Origin: an uncultured Methylococcaceae bacterium
Lineage (GTDB): Bacteria > Pseudomonadota > Gammaproteobacteria > Methylococcales > Methylomonadaceae
Direction: 5' to 3'
Length of the DNA stretch: 64,000 nt
Assembly (NCBI GenBank): GCA_903945375.1
Contig: CAJAVP010000036.1
Location: 18,659 to 82,658, forward strand
The notes under the pieces are model-generated. The model did no database searches, had not been told where the DNA came from, and was given only the letters and a program-made list of their open reading frames with translations. Position 1 is the first letter of the stretch. Every line of letters begins with the position of its first letter. Shown one piece after another: positions 17,301 through 27,323 of the stretch. The translations under genes and the position numbers were made by a program.

Positions 17301-19780
17301 ACACTCCGCCATCCTGCTTTGGACAAACGCGCATTGTCTAGTGTTGATAGATACAAGGGTACGTCATCTGGGTGCAGAAAATACGGGGTACTGAGATGAT
17401 TGTAATCTTCAAGGCTATAACCAAAAAAGCTATATAGCGTTGTATTACTATAGGTAATTTTTCCATGAATATCACACATCCAAATCCAATCTAGGGTATT
17501 TTCTGCGATGTTGCGAAACCTGTTTTCACTTTCACGCAATTCAAGTTCCATTTCTTTGCGCTCAGTAATATCGAGGTGGATACCACTCATTAATAAAGGC
17601 TTTCCGTCATTGGTGCGGGTTTTTAAGCGACCTCGATCAGATATCCAAATCCAATGCCCTTGTTTATGGCGCATACGCAATTCACAGTCGTAAAATGCTA
17701 ATTCACCAGTTAAGTGTTTAATCAGTAACTCGTTAGCAATTTTTAAATCGTCAGGATGTACAAAAACCGCCCACGACTCATCGGTAAAATTGGGCATTTC
17801 ATTTGGTAAATAACCAAAAATTTCTGCCCAACGGTCATTAAAAATAGTTTCACCGGTGACTAAATTCCATTCCCAAGTGCCGGCATGAGTGCCATCGATG
17901 ATATCTTGTAAGCGGCTGCGTTCAGTATTTAACTGATCAGCCACTTTTTTACGGTCGGTAATATCTTGTGCGGTGACTAAGCCGGAAACGGCATTCCCAT
18001 CGGAGTCGAGCAAAAACTCTGCGCGTTCATGTATCCATACTTCCTGATTGTTGACTCTTATACGGTGTTCAATATCGAAGGGCGTGCCACGTAAAGCGTG
18101 TTGCCAGGCGGCTAACACCCATTCACGGTCGTCTGGGTGAATGATGCTGACAAATAAATCAAAGGTGACCGGTTGCGTTGGAGGCACACCGAATAAATGA
18201 TACGTTTCAAGCGACCACTCTACGCTATTGCTGATCATTTCAATAAACCAACTGCCTAATTTACCAATGGCTTGTGCTTTATTCAGCATATTTTCACCCC
18301 GTCTGAGGCGGCTTTCCATGGCTTTTATTTTTGTAATGTCCGACCAAATAACAATCAAATAGTCATGATTATGCAAGGCAATGGCGCGAAAACTGATATT
18401 GACATAACTCAGCGATCCACTTTTGTGACGCAGCACGGTGTCGAATTGTATGCTACCTGAGTTAATACGCATCAGGTCATTTAAAGCTTCTCGCATTTCA
18501 ATCGGGGTAAATTCAACTTGAATTTGATCGAAGCTGATTTGGGCAAATTCACTACGGGTATAACCTAAGCTGGTACAAGTGACATCATTGAACTCAATAA
18601 AATTGAGTGTCGCTATATCAATCATCGCTATGGCGTCGGCAGCCATGGTGACAATGGAGGCGTAGACTTCTTCTCGATCTTTGATTTTTTCAGCATCAAG
18701 TTGACGATCTATAACAAACGCTAAGCGGCTGGCAATGGCTTCGAGTAGGATGTTCTCTTCCTCGAGAAAAGTCGTTGATTTATCGGCAAAGCAGTGTTCA
18801 GGATAAGCGATGCTAATTTTTCCAAAACGACCATTGGAACAGGAGATGATGGCGGATTGCATCAGCGTAGTTTCAGAAAAACCAACAGAGCTAAAGTGTT
18901 GGCCATTCCATTCAATAGAGGCTTCCGCAAGCTCAGGGAATTGCCAGCCGGAGGGCAGCAACTCTAAAACTACACTGAGTAGAGTATTGATGGGCGTGTT
19001 AGGTTTTTCGGTGGCGTTAAAAATGGCGAATAAGGTTTCTCTTTCTTTAATCCGTTCTTGCAGCGAGGTTTGTAACTCTCTAAATCGAGTAATGTCATGG
19101 GCAATACTCATAATGCCGTAATTCTTGCCATTGACATCCCAGACGGGGGTTTTAGTGATCTCAAACAAACCTCGGTAACTACCATCTACATAACTTAGCC
19201 ATTGTTCATATCGTTTTGTTTCACTATCGGTTAGAACTTGTTGATTTTGATACTTAATAAAGTCAGTTAATTCAGAGGTAATAAAATCGACATCAGGTCG
19301 ACCGATGAGTTCGATTTCAGGTACGCCGATAAAACATTCAAAACTTCGATTGCATTGTAAATACTCACCATTTTTGTTGGTAACCCAAACCAGATCGGGC
19401 ATTGCCTGCAATAGAGCGGTTAAGCGTAGGTGTTCAGTTTCTAAATGGCCAGTTACTTTGGAGATTTCGCGATTTGCTTTTGCTAAATGGTAAATAGTAT
19501 AAAAGAGGATGAGTAATACGACTGCGGTAAATAAACACAGTGCGAATAGTATTTGTATAACAGGCTCGTGATCACGCCATATTTCATCCCAAGAAAATGC
19601 GGTGTGTGTTTTAGTCTCTTGTTGGGTTAGTGAGATGATGGAATCCTGTGTTGGCTTCGACGTTGATAGGGTTGGTTGGGGTGTGGAGGCTACTATTTCG
19701 TGCGTTGCTGACCATGAATTAGACAGTCCTACCGCATTCACAATAAGGACAAAAAACAATAACAGAATTCTCATAGACAC
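14369..19780 (-). CDS. Hybrid sensor histidine kinase: TM, about 7 PAS plus GAF-like, HisKA, HATPase, REC, Hpt
   Basis: FLANMSHEIRTPMNAI H-box; NYLSNAIKFT N-box; DTGIG and GGTGLGL G-boxes; LILMDMQMPVMDG REC; HTLKS Hpt. Confidence 0.92.
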   Translation of the reverse strand: MSMRILLLFFVLIVNAVGLSNSWSATHEIVASTPQPTLSTSKPTQDSIISLTQQETKTHTAFSWDEIWRDHEPVIQILFALCLFTAVVLLILFYTIYHLAKANREISKVTGHLETEHLRLTALLQAMPDLVWVTNKNGEYLQCNRSFECFIGVPEIELIGRPDVDFITSELTDFIKYQNQQVLTDSETKRYEQWLSYVDGSYRGLFEITKTPVWDVNGKNYGIMSIAHDITRFRELQTSLQERIKERETLFAIFNATEKPNTPINTLLSVVLELLPSGWQFPELAEASIEWNGQHFSSVGFSETTLMQSAIISCSNGRFGKISIAYPEHCFADKSTTFLEEENILLEAIASRLAFVIDRQLDAEKIKDREEVYASIVTMAADAIAMIDIATLNFIEFNDVTCTSLGYTRSEFAQISFDQIQVEFTPIEMREALNDLMRINSGSIQFDTVLRHKSGSLSYVNISFRAIALHNHDYLIVIWSDITKIKAMESRLRRGENMLNKAQAIGKLGSWFIEMISNSVEWSLETYHLFGVPPTQPVTFDLFVSIIHPDDREWVLAAWQHALRGTPFDIEHRIRVNNQEVWIHERAEFLLDSDGNAVSGLVTAQDITDRKKVADQLNTERSRLQDIIDGTHAGTWEWNLVTGETIFNDRWAEIFGYLPNEMPNFTDESWAVFVHPDDLKIANELLIKHLTGELAFYDCELRMRHKQGHWIWISDRGRLKTRTNDGKPLLMSGIHLDITERKEMELELRESENRFRNIAENTLDWIWMCDIHGKITYSNTTLYSFFGYSLEDYNHLSTPYFLHPDDVPLYLSTLDNARLSKAGWRSVVLRWQNSRGEFLYLESNSTAILDNEGQLQGFQGIDRDITERKKSEDDLRKLWLAVEQSPNSIVICNTDAQIEYVNEHFLNISGYKREEVLGKNPGFIKSGKTNSQVFDAMWSNLNQGIKWSGELINQRKNGEEVIEFVQISPVRQADGNITHYLAIKEDITEKKRVQSELEAYQQHLEELVVDRTSALELLNRKLVSSEQRFVYAADASSDGIWDWDIVNNLACYNKSYFTMLGYEADDFASSRINITNSSISEEPLTLGWESQYYVSPTWLDLLHPDDNCKALELVEKLLQTDGGFEIEFRMLGKDGNYRWILSKGKVVDHDEYGNARRAVGIHTDITLRKQIEVQLRQAKESAEAASQAKSTFLANMSHEIRTPMNAILGLTYLIQREITDARQLQRLSKVTESAEHLQGIINDILDLSKIEANRMNIEETEFNMAASINHVCSMLKERIDEKGLLFSVEVDSKLSHLVLLGDSLRVDQIMLNYLSNAIKFTERGEIILRALILQETENTIRLQVEVEDTGIGLTEQQQARIFIAFEQAQNSTSRKYGGTGLGLTISKRLAELMGGELGVRSQIGKGSTFWFTLPLHKGIGKNTINPIPADKDIRLGAHLLLVEDNVINQEVAKDLLESLGLHVEVAANGLTAVEKITAKSYDLILMDMQMPVMDGLEATRIIRTLELGKSIPIIAMTANAFTEDRQRCLDAGMNDYLTKPVEPQVLHAILTQWLTTPMDKVTSPASLFPSSIGDESTSAQSSLLDLQIGLHYFNGNRSLYFKMLNQFVKNHQQDAETLTILLANKNFHEAQLHVHTLKSLAATLGTEKIKKIARNLETQFRHETETAEIESNISLLGTELSRTCELITHLGEQDKPLPVIINSPEQIFDDLQKLEQLLSEDDAQSYELWQTLKPALTKYSDNNQIFLLDKQIEHYDFAAALNSLEGIKSSYPLSRQITNDVEAFDANSPQIVNLDYSQPTRHH

Positions 19781-19828
19781 TAAACGCTCTTTATTTAGTA
19801 GGTTAGCGTGATTTAATCAGGCATCAAT

Positions 19829-20941
19829 TTAGTGCAGGGTCTCAGCGTAACGCTCTGCAATCTCTTGGAACTCGGTCTGACGCACAAAAAATGCATCGAC
19901 AATTTGTGGGTCAAAATGCGAGCCACGACCGTCTTTGATAATGGCCAAAGTTTGTTCGAGGGAAAACTCCTTTTTATAAACGCGCCGATTTATTAAAGCA
20001 TCATAGACATCGGCTAAAGCCATTAATCGTGCGGGCAAGGGAATGTTATATTCTTTAAGTCCCTCAGGATAACCGCTACCGTCCCATTTTTCATGATGAT
20101 AATGGGCAATATCCATGGCTACAAACAAAAAACCTAGACCGGAGTGATCTTCTTCTGTTTGGATAGCTCGCCATAACGCATCGGCACCGATTTTTGCGTG
20201 GGTTCTCATAATGACTAGCTCCTCATCATTTAAACGACCAGGCTTTAGCAAAATATGATCAGGAATACCCACCTTGCCGATGTCATGTAGCGGAGCAGCT
20301 TTGGTGATAATATCCGATTTTTTTGAGGTTAATTCGTCGGCATAAATGCCTTGCTCGATGAGGTGATCACATAACACTCTGACATAGGCTTGCGTGCGAA
20401 TAATATGTTTGCCGGTTTCGTTGTCTCGCGTTTCTGCAATACTGGCAAGTGCGCGGATAGAAATATCTCTAACGGTTTGCAATTGTTTAGCGCGTAGTTC
20501 AACTTCAGCTTCTAATTTGCTGTTTTGGGCAAGTAATTGTTCACGGGTATTTTTTAATTCCAGTTGACTACGAATCCGAGATAACACAATGGCAGGTCGA
20601 ATCGGCTTGGTTAAGTAATCGGCTGCGCCTAAATCCAGACCTAATGCCTCATCATCCGAACTTTCCATGGCGGTAACAAAAATAACCGGAATATCCGCTG
20701 TTTTGGGATTTTGGCGCAAATGGGTTAAAACTTGATAGCCATCCATTTCTGGCATCATGACATCTAACAAAATGAGATCGGGCTTAGGCAGTGTGTTTGC
20801 GACATCAAGTGCCCGTTGTCCTGAGTTAGCGACACGAATGCGGTAAACCGGCATCAATAAATCGATCAGCACAGCCAAGTTTTCTGACGCATCATCAACA
20901 ATCAGCAGGGTTGGTTTTTGGTTTGGGTTTTCATCGCTCAT
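19829..20941 (-). CDS. Response regulator with HD-GYP c-di-GMP phosphodiesterase domain (RpfG-like)
   Basis: LIVDDA...LILLDVMMPEMDG...KP REC; LHDIGK and HHEKWDGSGYPEGL HD-GYP motifs. Confidence 0.92.
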   Translation of the reverse strand: MSDENPNQKPTLLIVDDASENLAVLIDLLMPVYRIRVANSGQRALDVANTLPKPDLILLDVMMPEMDGYQVLTHLRQNPKTADIPVIFVTAMESSDDEALGLDLGAADYLTKPIRPAIVLSRIRSQLELKNTREQLLAQNSKLEAEVELRAKQLQTVRDISIRALASIAETRDNETGKHIIRTQAYVRVLCDHLIEQGIYADELTSKKSDIITKAAPLHDIGKVGIPDHILLKPGRLNDEELVIMRTHAKIGADALWRAIQTEEDHSGLGFLFVAMDIAHYHHEKWDGSGYPEGLKEYNIPLPARLMALADVYDALINRRVYKKEFSLEQTLAIIKDGRGSHFDPQIVDAFFVRQTEFQEIAERYAETLH

Positions 20942-21010
20942 TGAATAAAAAGCCTGTTGGTCATGTAGTTAATGGTCTGGTAACACAAAACACACGGTGG
21001 TGTTTGTAAG

Positions 21011-21058
21011 TTTGCCATCCGTGACTTATGCATCTCGGTAATCCTTGCTGAGATGATG
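21011..21058 (-). repeat. Degenerate REP-like palindromic element
   Basis: CATCTCGG-taatcct-TGCTGAGATG hairpin; the reverse complement resembles the GTCATTCCGGCAGGGATT element at 26141. Confidence 0.45.
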
Positions 21059-21116
21059 GTGTCTGTTCTATTAGGGAAGGGATCAGAATAATTTAACTTA
21101 AAATAGTGAGGCTAAC

Positions 21117-23393
21117 CTAGTCACGCACTGGCGGCGGTGCTAAGACAACGCGCGAGCCATTGGTTTCAGCAGGACTGACAATCCCAGCCGCTTCCATTTC
21201 TTCAATAATATTGGCGGCTTTGTTATAGCCTATTTTAAAGCGCCGTTGCACACTGGAAATAGAGGCTTTACGTGACTCGGTGACAAAGCGGACAGCTTCA
21301 TCATATAGAGAATTGGCCTCACTACTGCTTTCACCGCCACTCAGGCTGTAATTGTCACTGTTGTCATCACCTGCCTTAGTGATTTCCTCTAGGTAATCCG
21401 GTGGCGCGGTTTGCTTTAAGAACTCAACCACGCGATGTACCTCATGATCATCAACAAAGGCGCCATGTGCGCGAATAGGGATGCTTGTCCCTGAAGGTAA
21501 AAACAGCATATCGCCGTTACCGAGCAAGGTCTCAGCACCGCCTTGATCGAGAATTGTCCGTGAGTCGATACGTGATGAGACCTGAAAAGAAATACGCGTC
21601 GGTACGTTGGCTTTAATCAAACCGGTTAAGACATCGACAGAAGGGCGTTGTGTGGCGAGGATCAGATGAATACCGGCAGCACGCGCTTTCTGCGCTAAAC
21701 GGGCAATTAATTCTTCCACTTTTTTACCGACGATCATCATCATGTCGGCCAATTCGTCAATGACGATGACGATACTGGGTAATGTGGCTAAAACCGGGTA
21801 GTCGTCGCTATCGGTTAAGGATAAGGCGGGATTAAACATAGGGTCAGGGATGGTTTCGCCTCGCGCTGTAGCATCTTCAATAAGTTGGTTAAAACCGGCC
21901 AAGTTTCTAACCCCCATTTTTGACAACAGCTTATAACGACGCTCCATTTCGCCCACTGCCCAGCGTAGCGCGTTGCTGGCTTCTTTCATGTCAGTGACAA
22001 CCGGTGTGAGCAAATGAGGGATACCTTCGTAGACCGAAAGCTCCAGCATTTTAGGGTCAATCATAATCAAGCGGACTTGCTGCGGGGTGGCTTTGTACAG
22101 CAGACTCAAAATCATAGTGTTGATGGCGACAGATTTTCCAGAGCCAGTTGTGCCGGCAACTAAGGCGTGCGGCATTTTTCCCAAATCGGCAACCAGCGGT
22201 ACACCAGCAATATCTTTGCCCATTGCCAAGGTTAATAGCGACTTCGATTTAGTAAAGACCGTAGAGACTAAAAGCTCGCGCAGGTTCACCATTTCTCTTT
22301 CTCGATTTGGGATTTCTAAGCCAACGACGGATTTTCCTGGAATGATTTCTACGATGCGAACGCTAGTGACTAACAAGGCTCTCGCTAAGTCTTTAGATAA
22401 TGTGCTAATACGACTGACTTTGACACCGGCAGCAGGTTGCAATTCAAAGCGCGTGATAACAGGGCCTGGATGAAAGCCAACCACGCTAACTGTCACGTTA
22501 AAGTCAGAAAGAATTTCTTCAACCATACGTGACATCGCTTCTAGGTCACTTTGTGTATAGCCGACAACTTTTGATTCGCGATTATCTAATAAATCTAAAT
22601 TTGGTAAAACATCACCGCCTTGCATGTGGATGGATTTTTTCTTAGACACGGATGACGGTTTACTGGGCTTATCGGGTTCTTTAGGCGAAACATCCTCAGC
22701 CGTGTCTTTGACTTTGGCTTTAGCGCTTGAGGCGGATTTAATCTTAGGAGACACTGAGCTGTTGGGTAAAAAAGATTCCTCCTCCTTCTCGGTGGTGGAC
22801 TCAGTATGGCGTAAACGCCATAGCCATTGGCATACTTGTACGGTAAGTTTGCCAATCATATCAATCAAGCCTACCCAAGATAATTCTGTTGCTAAGGTAA
22901 TGCCGGCCAGCAACAGGACAATCAAAAACAAGGTGGCACCGGAATTACCCAGTAAATTAAATGCAGTTTCTCCAGTTTCCTCACCCAGAATACCACCGGT
23001 ATCACGTGGTAAATCAATACCAACCCTTAGCATGTACAAATGCAGTAACGCAGAGCCCGAGGTGATAAACGCGATAATGCCTAAGCTAGCAATGATGATT
23101 TTTTCGCGATTATGTTTTATTTGCATATACAGCAAATAGCTACGCCAAATAATGATGATGGGGAATAAGTAGGCGGTTAAACCAAAAAAACTGAGGCTAA
23201 TATCGGCAATCCAAGCCCCAATAACACCACATGCGTTACTGACTGTTTTTGCCGTACCGCTATGCGTCCAGCCGGCATCTTCGATATTAAATGTGACAAA
23301 TGAGATTAATAAAAATAAGGCACTGGCGAAAAAGCCTAAAACAGCGACTTCACGCAAACCCCGAAACGATTTTTCTTCCATTACTGCGGACAT
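21117..23393 (-). CDS. ftsK: DNA translocase FtsK
   Basis: N-terminal 4TM region; [14 protein letters not shown] Walker A; IDELADMMM; ATQRPSVDV; gamma domain [17 protein letters not shown]. Confidence 0.97.
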   Translation of the reverse strand: MSAVMEEKSFRGLREVAVLGFFASALFLLISFVTFNIEDAGWTHSGTAKTVSNACGVIGAWIADISLSFFGLTAYLFPIIIIWRSYLLYMQIKHNREKIIIASLGIIAFITSGSALLHLYMLRVGIDLPRDTGGILGEETGETAFNLLGNSGATLFLIVLLLAGITLATELSWVGLIDMIGKLTVQVCQWLWRLRHTESTTEKEEESFLPNSSVSPKIKSASSAKAKVKDTAEDVSPKEPDKPSKPSSVSKKKSIHMQGGDVLPNLDLLDNRESKVVGYTQSDLEAMSRMVEEILSDFNVTVSVVGFHPGPVITRFELQPAAGVKVSRISTLSKDLARALLVTSVRIVEIIPGKSVVGLEIPNREREMVNLRELLVSTVFTKSKSLLTLAMGKDIAGVPLVADLGKMPHALVAGTTGSGKSVAINTMILSLLYKATPQQVRLIMIDPKMLELSVYEGIPHLLTPVVTDMKEASNALRWAVGEMERRYKLLSKMGVRNLAGFNQLIEDATARGETIPDPMFNPALSLTDSDDYPVLATLPSIVIVIDELADMMMIVGKKVEELIARLAQKARAAGIHLILATQRPSVDVLTGLIKANVPTRISFQVSSRIDSRTILDQGGAETLLGNGDMLFLPSGTSIPIRAHGAFVDDHEVHRVVEFLKQTAPPDYLEEITKAGDDNSDNYSLSGGESSSEANSLYDEAVRFVTESRKASISSVQRRFKIGYNKAANIIEEMEAAGIVSPAETNGSRVVLAPPPVRD

Positions 23394-23520
23394 AATGTAC
23401 GGCTCAAAAATATTTATATCAATTAAGTAGGATTATAGAGGAATCAGTGCTTATTTTACATGAATATAACGCAATCATTCAGTCAGACGGGTAACTATTC
23501 AGATCCTAATGCAATTAATT

Positions 23521-23616
23521 CGTCATTCCGAGCGGGATTGCCACGAGTGGAGTGCAAGCTGCTTGCCTGTATTGACTTGCAGGCAGAGTCGGTACTCCTC
23601 ATTTGCGTTGCTAGCC
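23521..23616 (+). repeat. Composite intergenic repeat: GTCATTCCG-type REP start plus a 48-bp element shared with 27210-27257
   Basis: CGTCATTCCGAGCGGGATTGCC resembles 26141; 23569-23616 matches 27210-27257 at 42/48 nt. Confidence 0.7.
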
Positions 23617-23834
23617 GTTTTTCTTACCCAAAGCGACCACTGAGTTTTTTCAATTTTGTTTGTGTGTTACCCGATGAGTCTACTTTGCTTGTCAAATATA
23701 AAGGGGCTGATCGTTTTTATACAAGATTGTCATTTTATTTATGGTGACAAACAGTCGTTTTGATTTGATTGATAGCTTAATATCAGCAATCATTTAAAAA
23801 ACTTATATTTTTGCAATTACATCACGAGAAACCT

Positions 23835-24704
23835 ATGAATGACAAACTTATACACTATTGGCGTTTAGCTCGATTCGACCGCCCGATTGGCATTTTGATT
23901 TTACTTTGGCCATCGCTTTGGGCGCTCTGGGTCGCTGGAAATGGCAAACCGGATGCCTTAGTGCTAACAGTAATTTGCCTAGGCGTTATTGTTATGCGAG
24001 CGGCTGGCTGTGTGATTAATGACTACGCCGACCGCGATTTTGATCCGCATGTCGAACGTACCAAACAACGCCCTATTGCGGCCGGAAAAGTCAGTCCCAA
24101 AGAAGCCTTGTTAGTGTTTGCGATCTTATGCCTAATCGCTTTTGGACTTGTTTTGTTGCTCAATACATTAACGATTCTTTTATCATTCATTGGTGCTTTT
24201 CTTGCCGCAAGCTATCCTTTTATGAAACGCTATACGCATTTACCCCAAGCCTATTTAGGTATCGCTTTTGGCTGGGCTGTGCCTATGTCATTTGCTGCAC
24301 AAAGCAATCATATACCGGCTGTGGCTTGGGTTATGTATTTAGCGGTGATACTGTGGTCACTGATTTACGACACGATGTACGCCATGGTCGATAAGGCCGA
24401 CGACTTGAAAATCGGTGTAAAATCTACCGCTATTTTATTTGGTGATTACGATCGCCACATTATTGCCGCGCTACAAGTGCTTATGCTGAGTTTATTGGTA
24501 CTTGTAGGACAAATGCAGCAGTTAACTTTGCCTTATTATCTGGGCTTATTGGTCGCGGGTGGCTTATCTGTTTATCAACAAACGCTCATTTTTCACCGCA
24601 ATACCAATCAGTGTTTTAAGGCTTTTTTAAATAGCAATTGGTTGGGTATCGCTGTTTTTGTTGGTTTAGTCATCAGTTATGTGACTATTCAGTCTTCTCC
24701 TTAA
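23835..24704 (+). CDS. ubiA: 4-hydroxybenzoate polyprenyltransferase
   Basis: [45 protein letters not shown]. Confidence 0.96.
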   Translation: MNDKLIHYWRLARFDRPIGILILLWPSLWALWVAGNGKPDALVLTVICLGVIVMRAAGCVINDYADRDFDPHVERTKQRPIAAGKVSPKEALLVFAILCLIAFGLVLLLNTLTILLSFIGAFLAASYPFMKRYTHLPQAYLGIAFGWAVPMSFAAQSNHIPAVAWVMYLAVILWSLIYDTMYAMVDKADDLKIGVKSTAILFGDYDRHIIAALQVLMLSLLVLVGQMQQLTLPYYLGLLVAGGLSVYQQTLIFHRNTNQCFKAFLNSNWLGIAVFVGLVISYVTIQSSP

Positions 24705-24793
24705 AGCCACATTCTATAGGGCATATTAGCAATAGCTAATACGCCGGATGTGGTTACCTATGCGGCGCAATACGACTATCTGCGGATTGCGCC

Positions 24794-26053
24794 CTACCTA
24801 ATAACAGAAAACTCCATCAACAAACCCACAATAACCGACGCAAGTAAAGAACCTGCAACTCGATAACCAAGTTTTAACCCGCCCAGAACAATAGCATAAA
24901 GGCTTTTAATGAATGAATTGACAGTAACCGCGATAATAATGGCGTTACTTGCCACCTGCATATCGATGGAATTTTGACTCATACGCGCCATGCTCAACGT
25001 TAATGGATCGACATCCGCCAGACCTGAAACGGTGGCAAGTGCGTACGTGCCCAAATCGCCAAAATAGGTTTTAAGCCAATTAGAGAGCAATAATATGAGC
25101 AATAAAAACAAACCAAACTTTATCGCCATACCTAATTGAAATGGGTTTTCCAAACTCACTTCTTCACCCGTTCTGAATTCCCTAGAGTTTTGCCACAGCA
25201 AAAAAGCCGCTATATACGTGAAAAAGCCCATGATGGCTAAAGACGGTAACAGTAAACGACACAGTGCGGCGTTCAATATCCAAGTTAATAACAGCGTACG
25301 CACAAACAATGTGGCACAAGCCGTTAAAATACCTGCTGCTAATGCATTTTCGCTGCCTAAATGCCGTTTTGCCAAACGTGATAAATTTAATGTGACTGCC
25401 GTTGAGGACACTAGCCCGCCAAATACCCCTGTCAAAACAGGCCCGTGACGATCCCCGACAATTCTGACAGCAAAATAGCCTAGATAGGAAATACTGGCAA
25501 TCAACACCACCATCCACCAAATCAGATACGGATTAAACGCCTCCCAAGGCCCATAACCTTGATCCGGTAAGACGGGCAACATGACGACTGAAATCAGTAA
25601 TAACTGTAAGGTCGCATTTAATTCATGCTGCTCCAGCTTTTTCATCCAGCCATGTAATACGGGTTTAAAATCCAGAAGTGACGTAATCACCACAGCAGTG
25701 GCGCACGACAACGTGATGTAACCGCTAGTAATTAAAGCACCTAAGGTAAACGTCAATAAGGCAGCAACCATACCAGTAATACTGAAATCTTCAAATTTTT
25801 CAAAGCTTTTATGGTAAGCCACTAGCAATATCAGCGTAAGCCCTAAAAATGAAAAACCTAATAATGAGGGGTGAAATTGCTTTGCCAAAATACCGCAAAG
25901 AGCACCTAATAAACTGATTAAGCCATAAGTTCGCAAGCCAGCAACACGTAAACCCTCATCCAAATTGCGAGCACGCCAACCTCGCTCAAGTCCAATCAAC
26001 AGACCGGTTGCCAGCGCGATACCTAATAGCTTGAAACTTTCCAATTCCGTCAT
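24794..26053 (-). CDS. MgtC/SapB family protein with DUF4010 domain
   Basis: GLLIGLERG...AGLRTY; GGLVSSTAVT; GLADVD motifs. Confidence 0.88.
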   Translation of the reverse strand: MTELESFKLLGIALATGLLIGLERGWRARNLDEGLRVAGLRTYGLISLLGALCGILAKQFHPSLLGFSFLGLTLILLVAYHKSFEKFEDFSITGMVAALLTFTLGALITSGYITLSCATAVVITSLLDFKPVLHGWMKKLEQHELNATLQLLLISVVMLPVLPDQGYGPWEAFNPYLIWWMVVLIASISYLGYFAVRIVGDRHGPVLTGVFGGLVSSTAVTLNLSRLAKRHLGSENALAAGILTACATLFVRTLLLTWILNAALCRLLLPSLAIMGFFTYIAAFLLWQNSREFRTGEEVSLENPFQLGMAIKFGLFLLLILLLSNWLKTYFGDLGTYALATVSGLADVDPLTLSMARMSQNSIDMQVASNAIIIAVTVNSFIKSLYAIVLGGLKLGYRVAGSLLASVIVGLLMEFSVIR

Positions 26054-26140
26054 AATTCCACCTATCTGATCTAACAAAGACAACATGTACCAACAATTTT
26101 TGTAACTCTTCAACCCCGCCTCAGTTACGTCATCTAATTT

Positions 26141-26216
26141 GTCATTCCGGCAGGGATTCGCTATCGCGCTCTAGCGAGTGTCGAAGCCGTCAGACCGCGT
26201 TAGCGAATCCAGAACA
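26141..26216 (+). repeat. REP-like element GTCATTCCGGCAGGGATT...GAATCCAG with an expanded internal hairpin
   Basis: GGATTCGCTATCGCG (26154-26168) and CGCGTTAGCGAATCC (26196-26210) are inverted repeats, 14/15 match. Confidence 0.6.
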
Positions 26217-26524
26217 CAGTGAAGTGTTCGCCGCTTACAGCACTGTAACATTGCCTGTAATTGCGCTGCGCTATCAGCCAACAAAACAAAATTGTCAACA
26301 TAGCGTACATAATGGTGGCACTTTAGAGTATGTTTAACAAATTGGTCAAGTTCGTTCAGATAAGTAGTGTTGATGTGCTGGTTTATAGCACAAGCAAATT
26401 GTCAGCACTCGCGGTGGTAACAATTTTTCCCTTGCGCGGTAACACAAAAAAGCCCCGCTCCAATGTTGTTTTTTTTTTGCATCCTCATAGATATGAAAAG
26501 CGGCGATTGCACCATAAAGCTTAG

Positions 26525-26653
26525 ACTCGATGTTCAAGTTTTTTAGTTTGGCTGAGGCGAACCCAGATAATCCAAAGTGTTTTCGTCAATAATTGTAAGT
26601 TTTGATTTAGTGAGGTTCTCTAAAATCAAGAATTAAAAACTTGAACATCGAGT
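26525..26653. mobile_element. MITE-like element (129 bp) with perfect 19-bp terminal inverted repeats
   Basis: ACTCGATGTTCAAGTTTTT ... AAAAACTTGAACATCGAGT; no ORF; no clear target-site duplication. Confidence 0.6.
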
Positions 26654-27209
26654 TAATTGAGTTTATATGCGCTTGCCCTGCTATCGCCTAGATTTTTGAG
26701 TCGACAAGAAATACCGTGTACCCCGCATAAAACCCCAGTAATTCTAATTACATAAAACATAATTTAATCCAAATGTTAGATGTGAGTTATCTCGTTTCTT
26801 TGTGATATTTAATCGAGTCCTCTTTTTCATCTGTTCAGCAAAGCCTTATAAAACAATGGGCTGGTATTATTACTCATTTAGCTTTTCGATAATTATGCCG
26901 TTATTGCCCTAGAACACAGTTAGATCATCAAATTCTAAAATATGAAATATATCTATTTGAATTTATTATGTTATTTCGTAATAAGGCTTGCAGGTACAGC
27001 TAGTTGTTTGCATTTGAGCAATAAAATATTACTATTTGTTGAACAATCTCCTTTGACGGGTGCAGGAGCTATCTAAAGGTTTTTGGCCTGCAATGACTTA
27101 ATCATCACTCAGGTAGGGGTGTGCGGTGAAGAGGGCTGTGATGAGCTACGCTGATAATATGGATAAAGTAGGCTAGCCACTAACACGGGACCGCGTGAAT
27201 AGGCATGAC

Positions 27210-27257
27210 GTATTGACTTGCAGGCAGAGCCTGATCTCCTCATTTACGTTGGTAGCC
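27210..27257 (+). repeat. Second copy of the 48-bp intergenic element
   Basis: GTATTGACTTGCAGGCAGAG-N6-CTCCTCATTTRCGTTGSTAGCC, 42/48 identical to 23569-23616. Confidence 0.75.
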
Positions 27258-27323
27258 ATAAAGTATAACTATAATTATAAAGCTGGAATTTGGTCAGATT
27301 AAATTAATTTTGGGGTAAATAAC

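Noticed and set aside
22087-23139. Plus-strand ORFs of 128 and 171 aa, and similar ORFs opposite cox, fab, kinase, hsp70 and ter genes
   Set aside because: Antisense or alternate-frame shadows of well-supported genes, with no motifs or RBS
23460-23747. 95-aa ORF in the ftsK-ubiA gap
   Set aside because: Overlies the repeat elements and has no recognisable domain; better explained as non-coding
26330-26537. Two overlapping ~64-aa ORFs on opposite strands
   Set aside because: No motifs, and they lie in a repeat-rich gap
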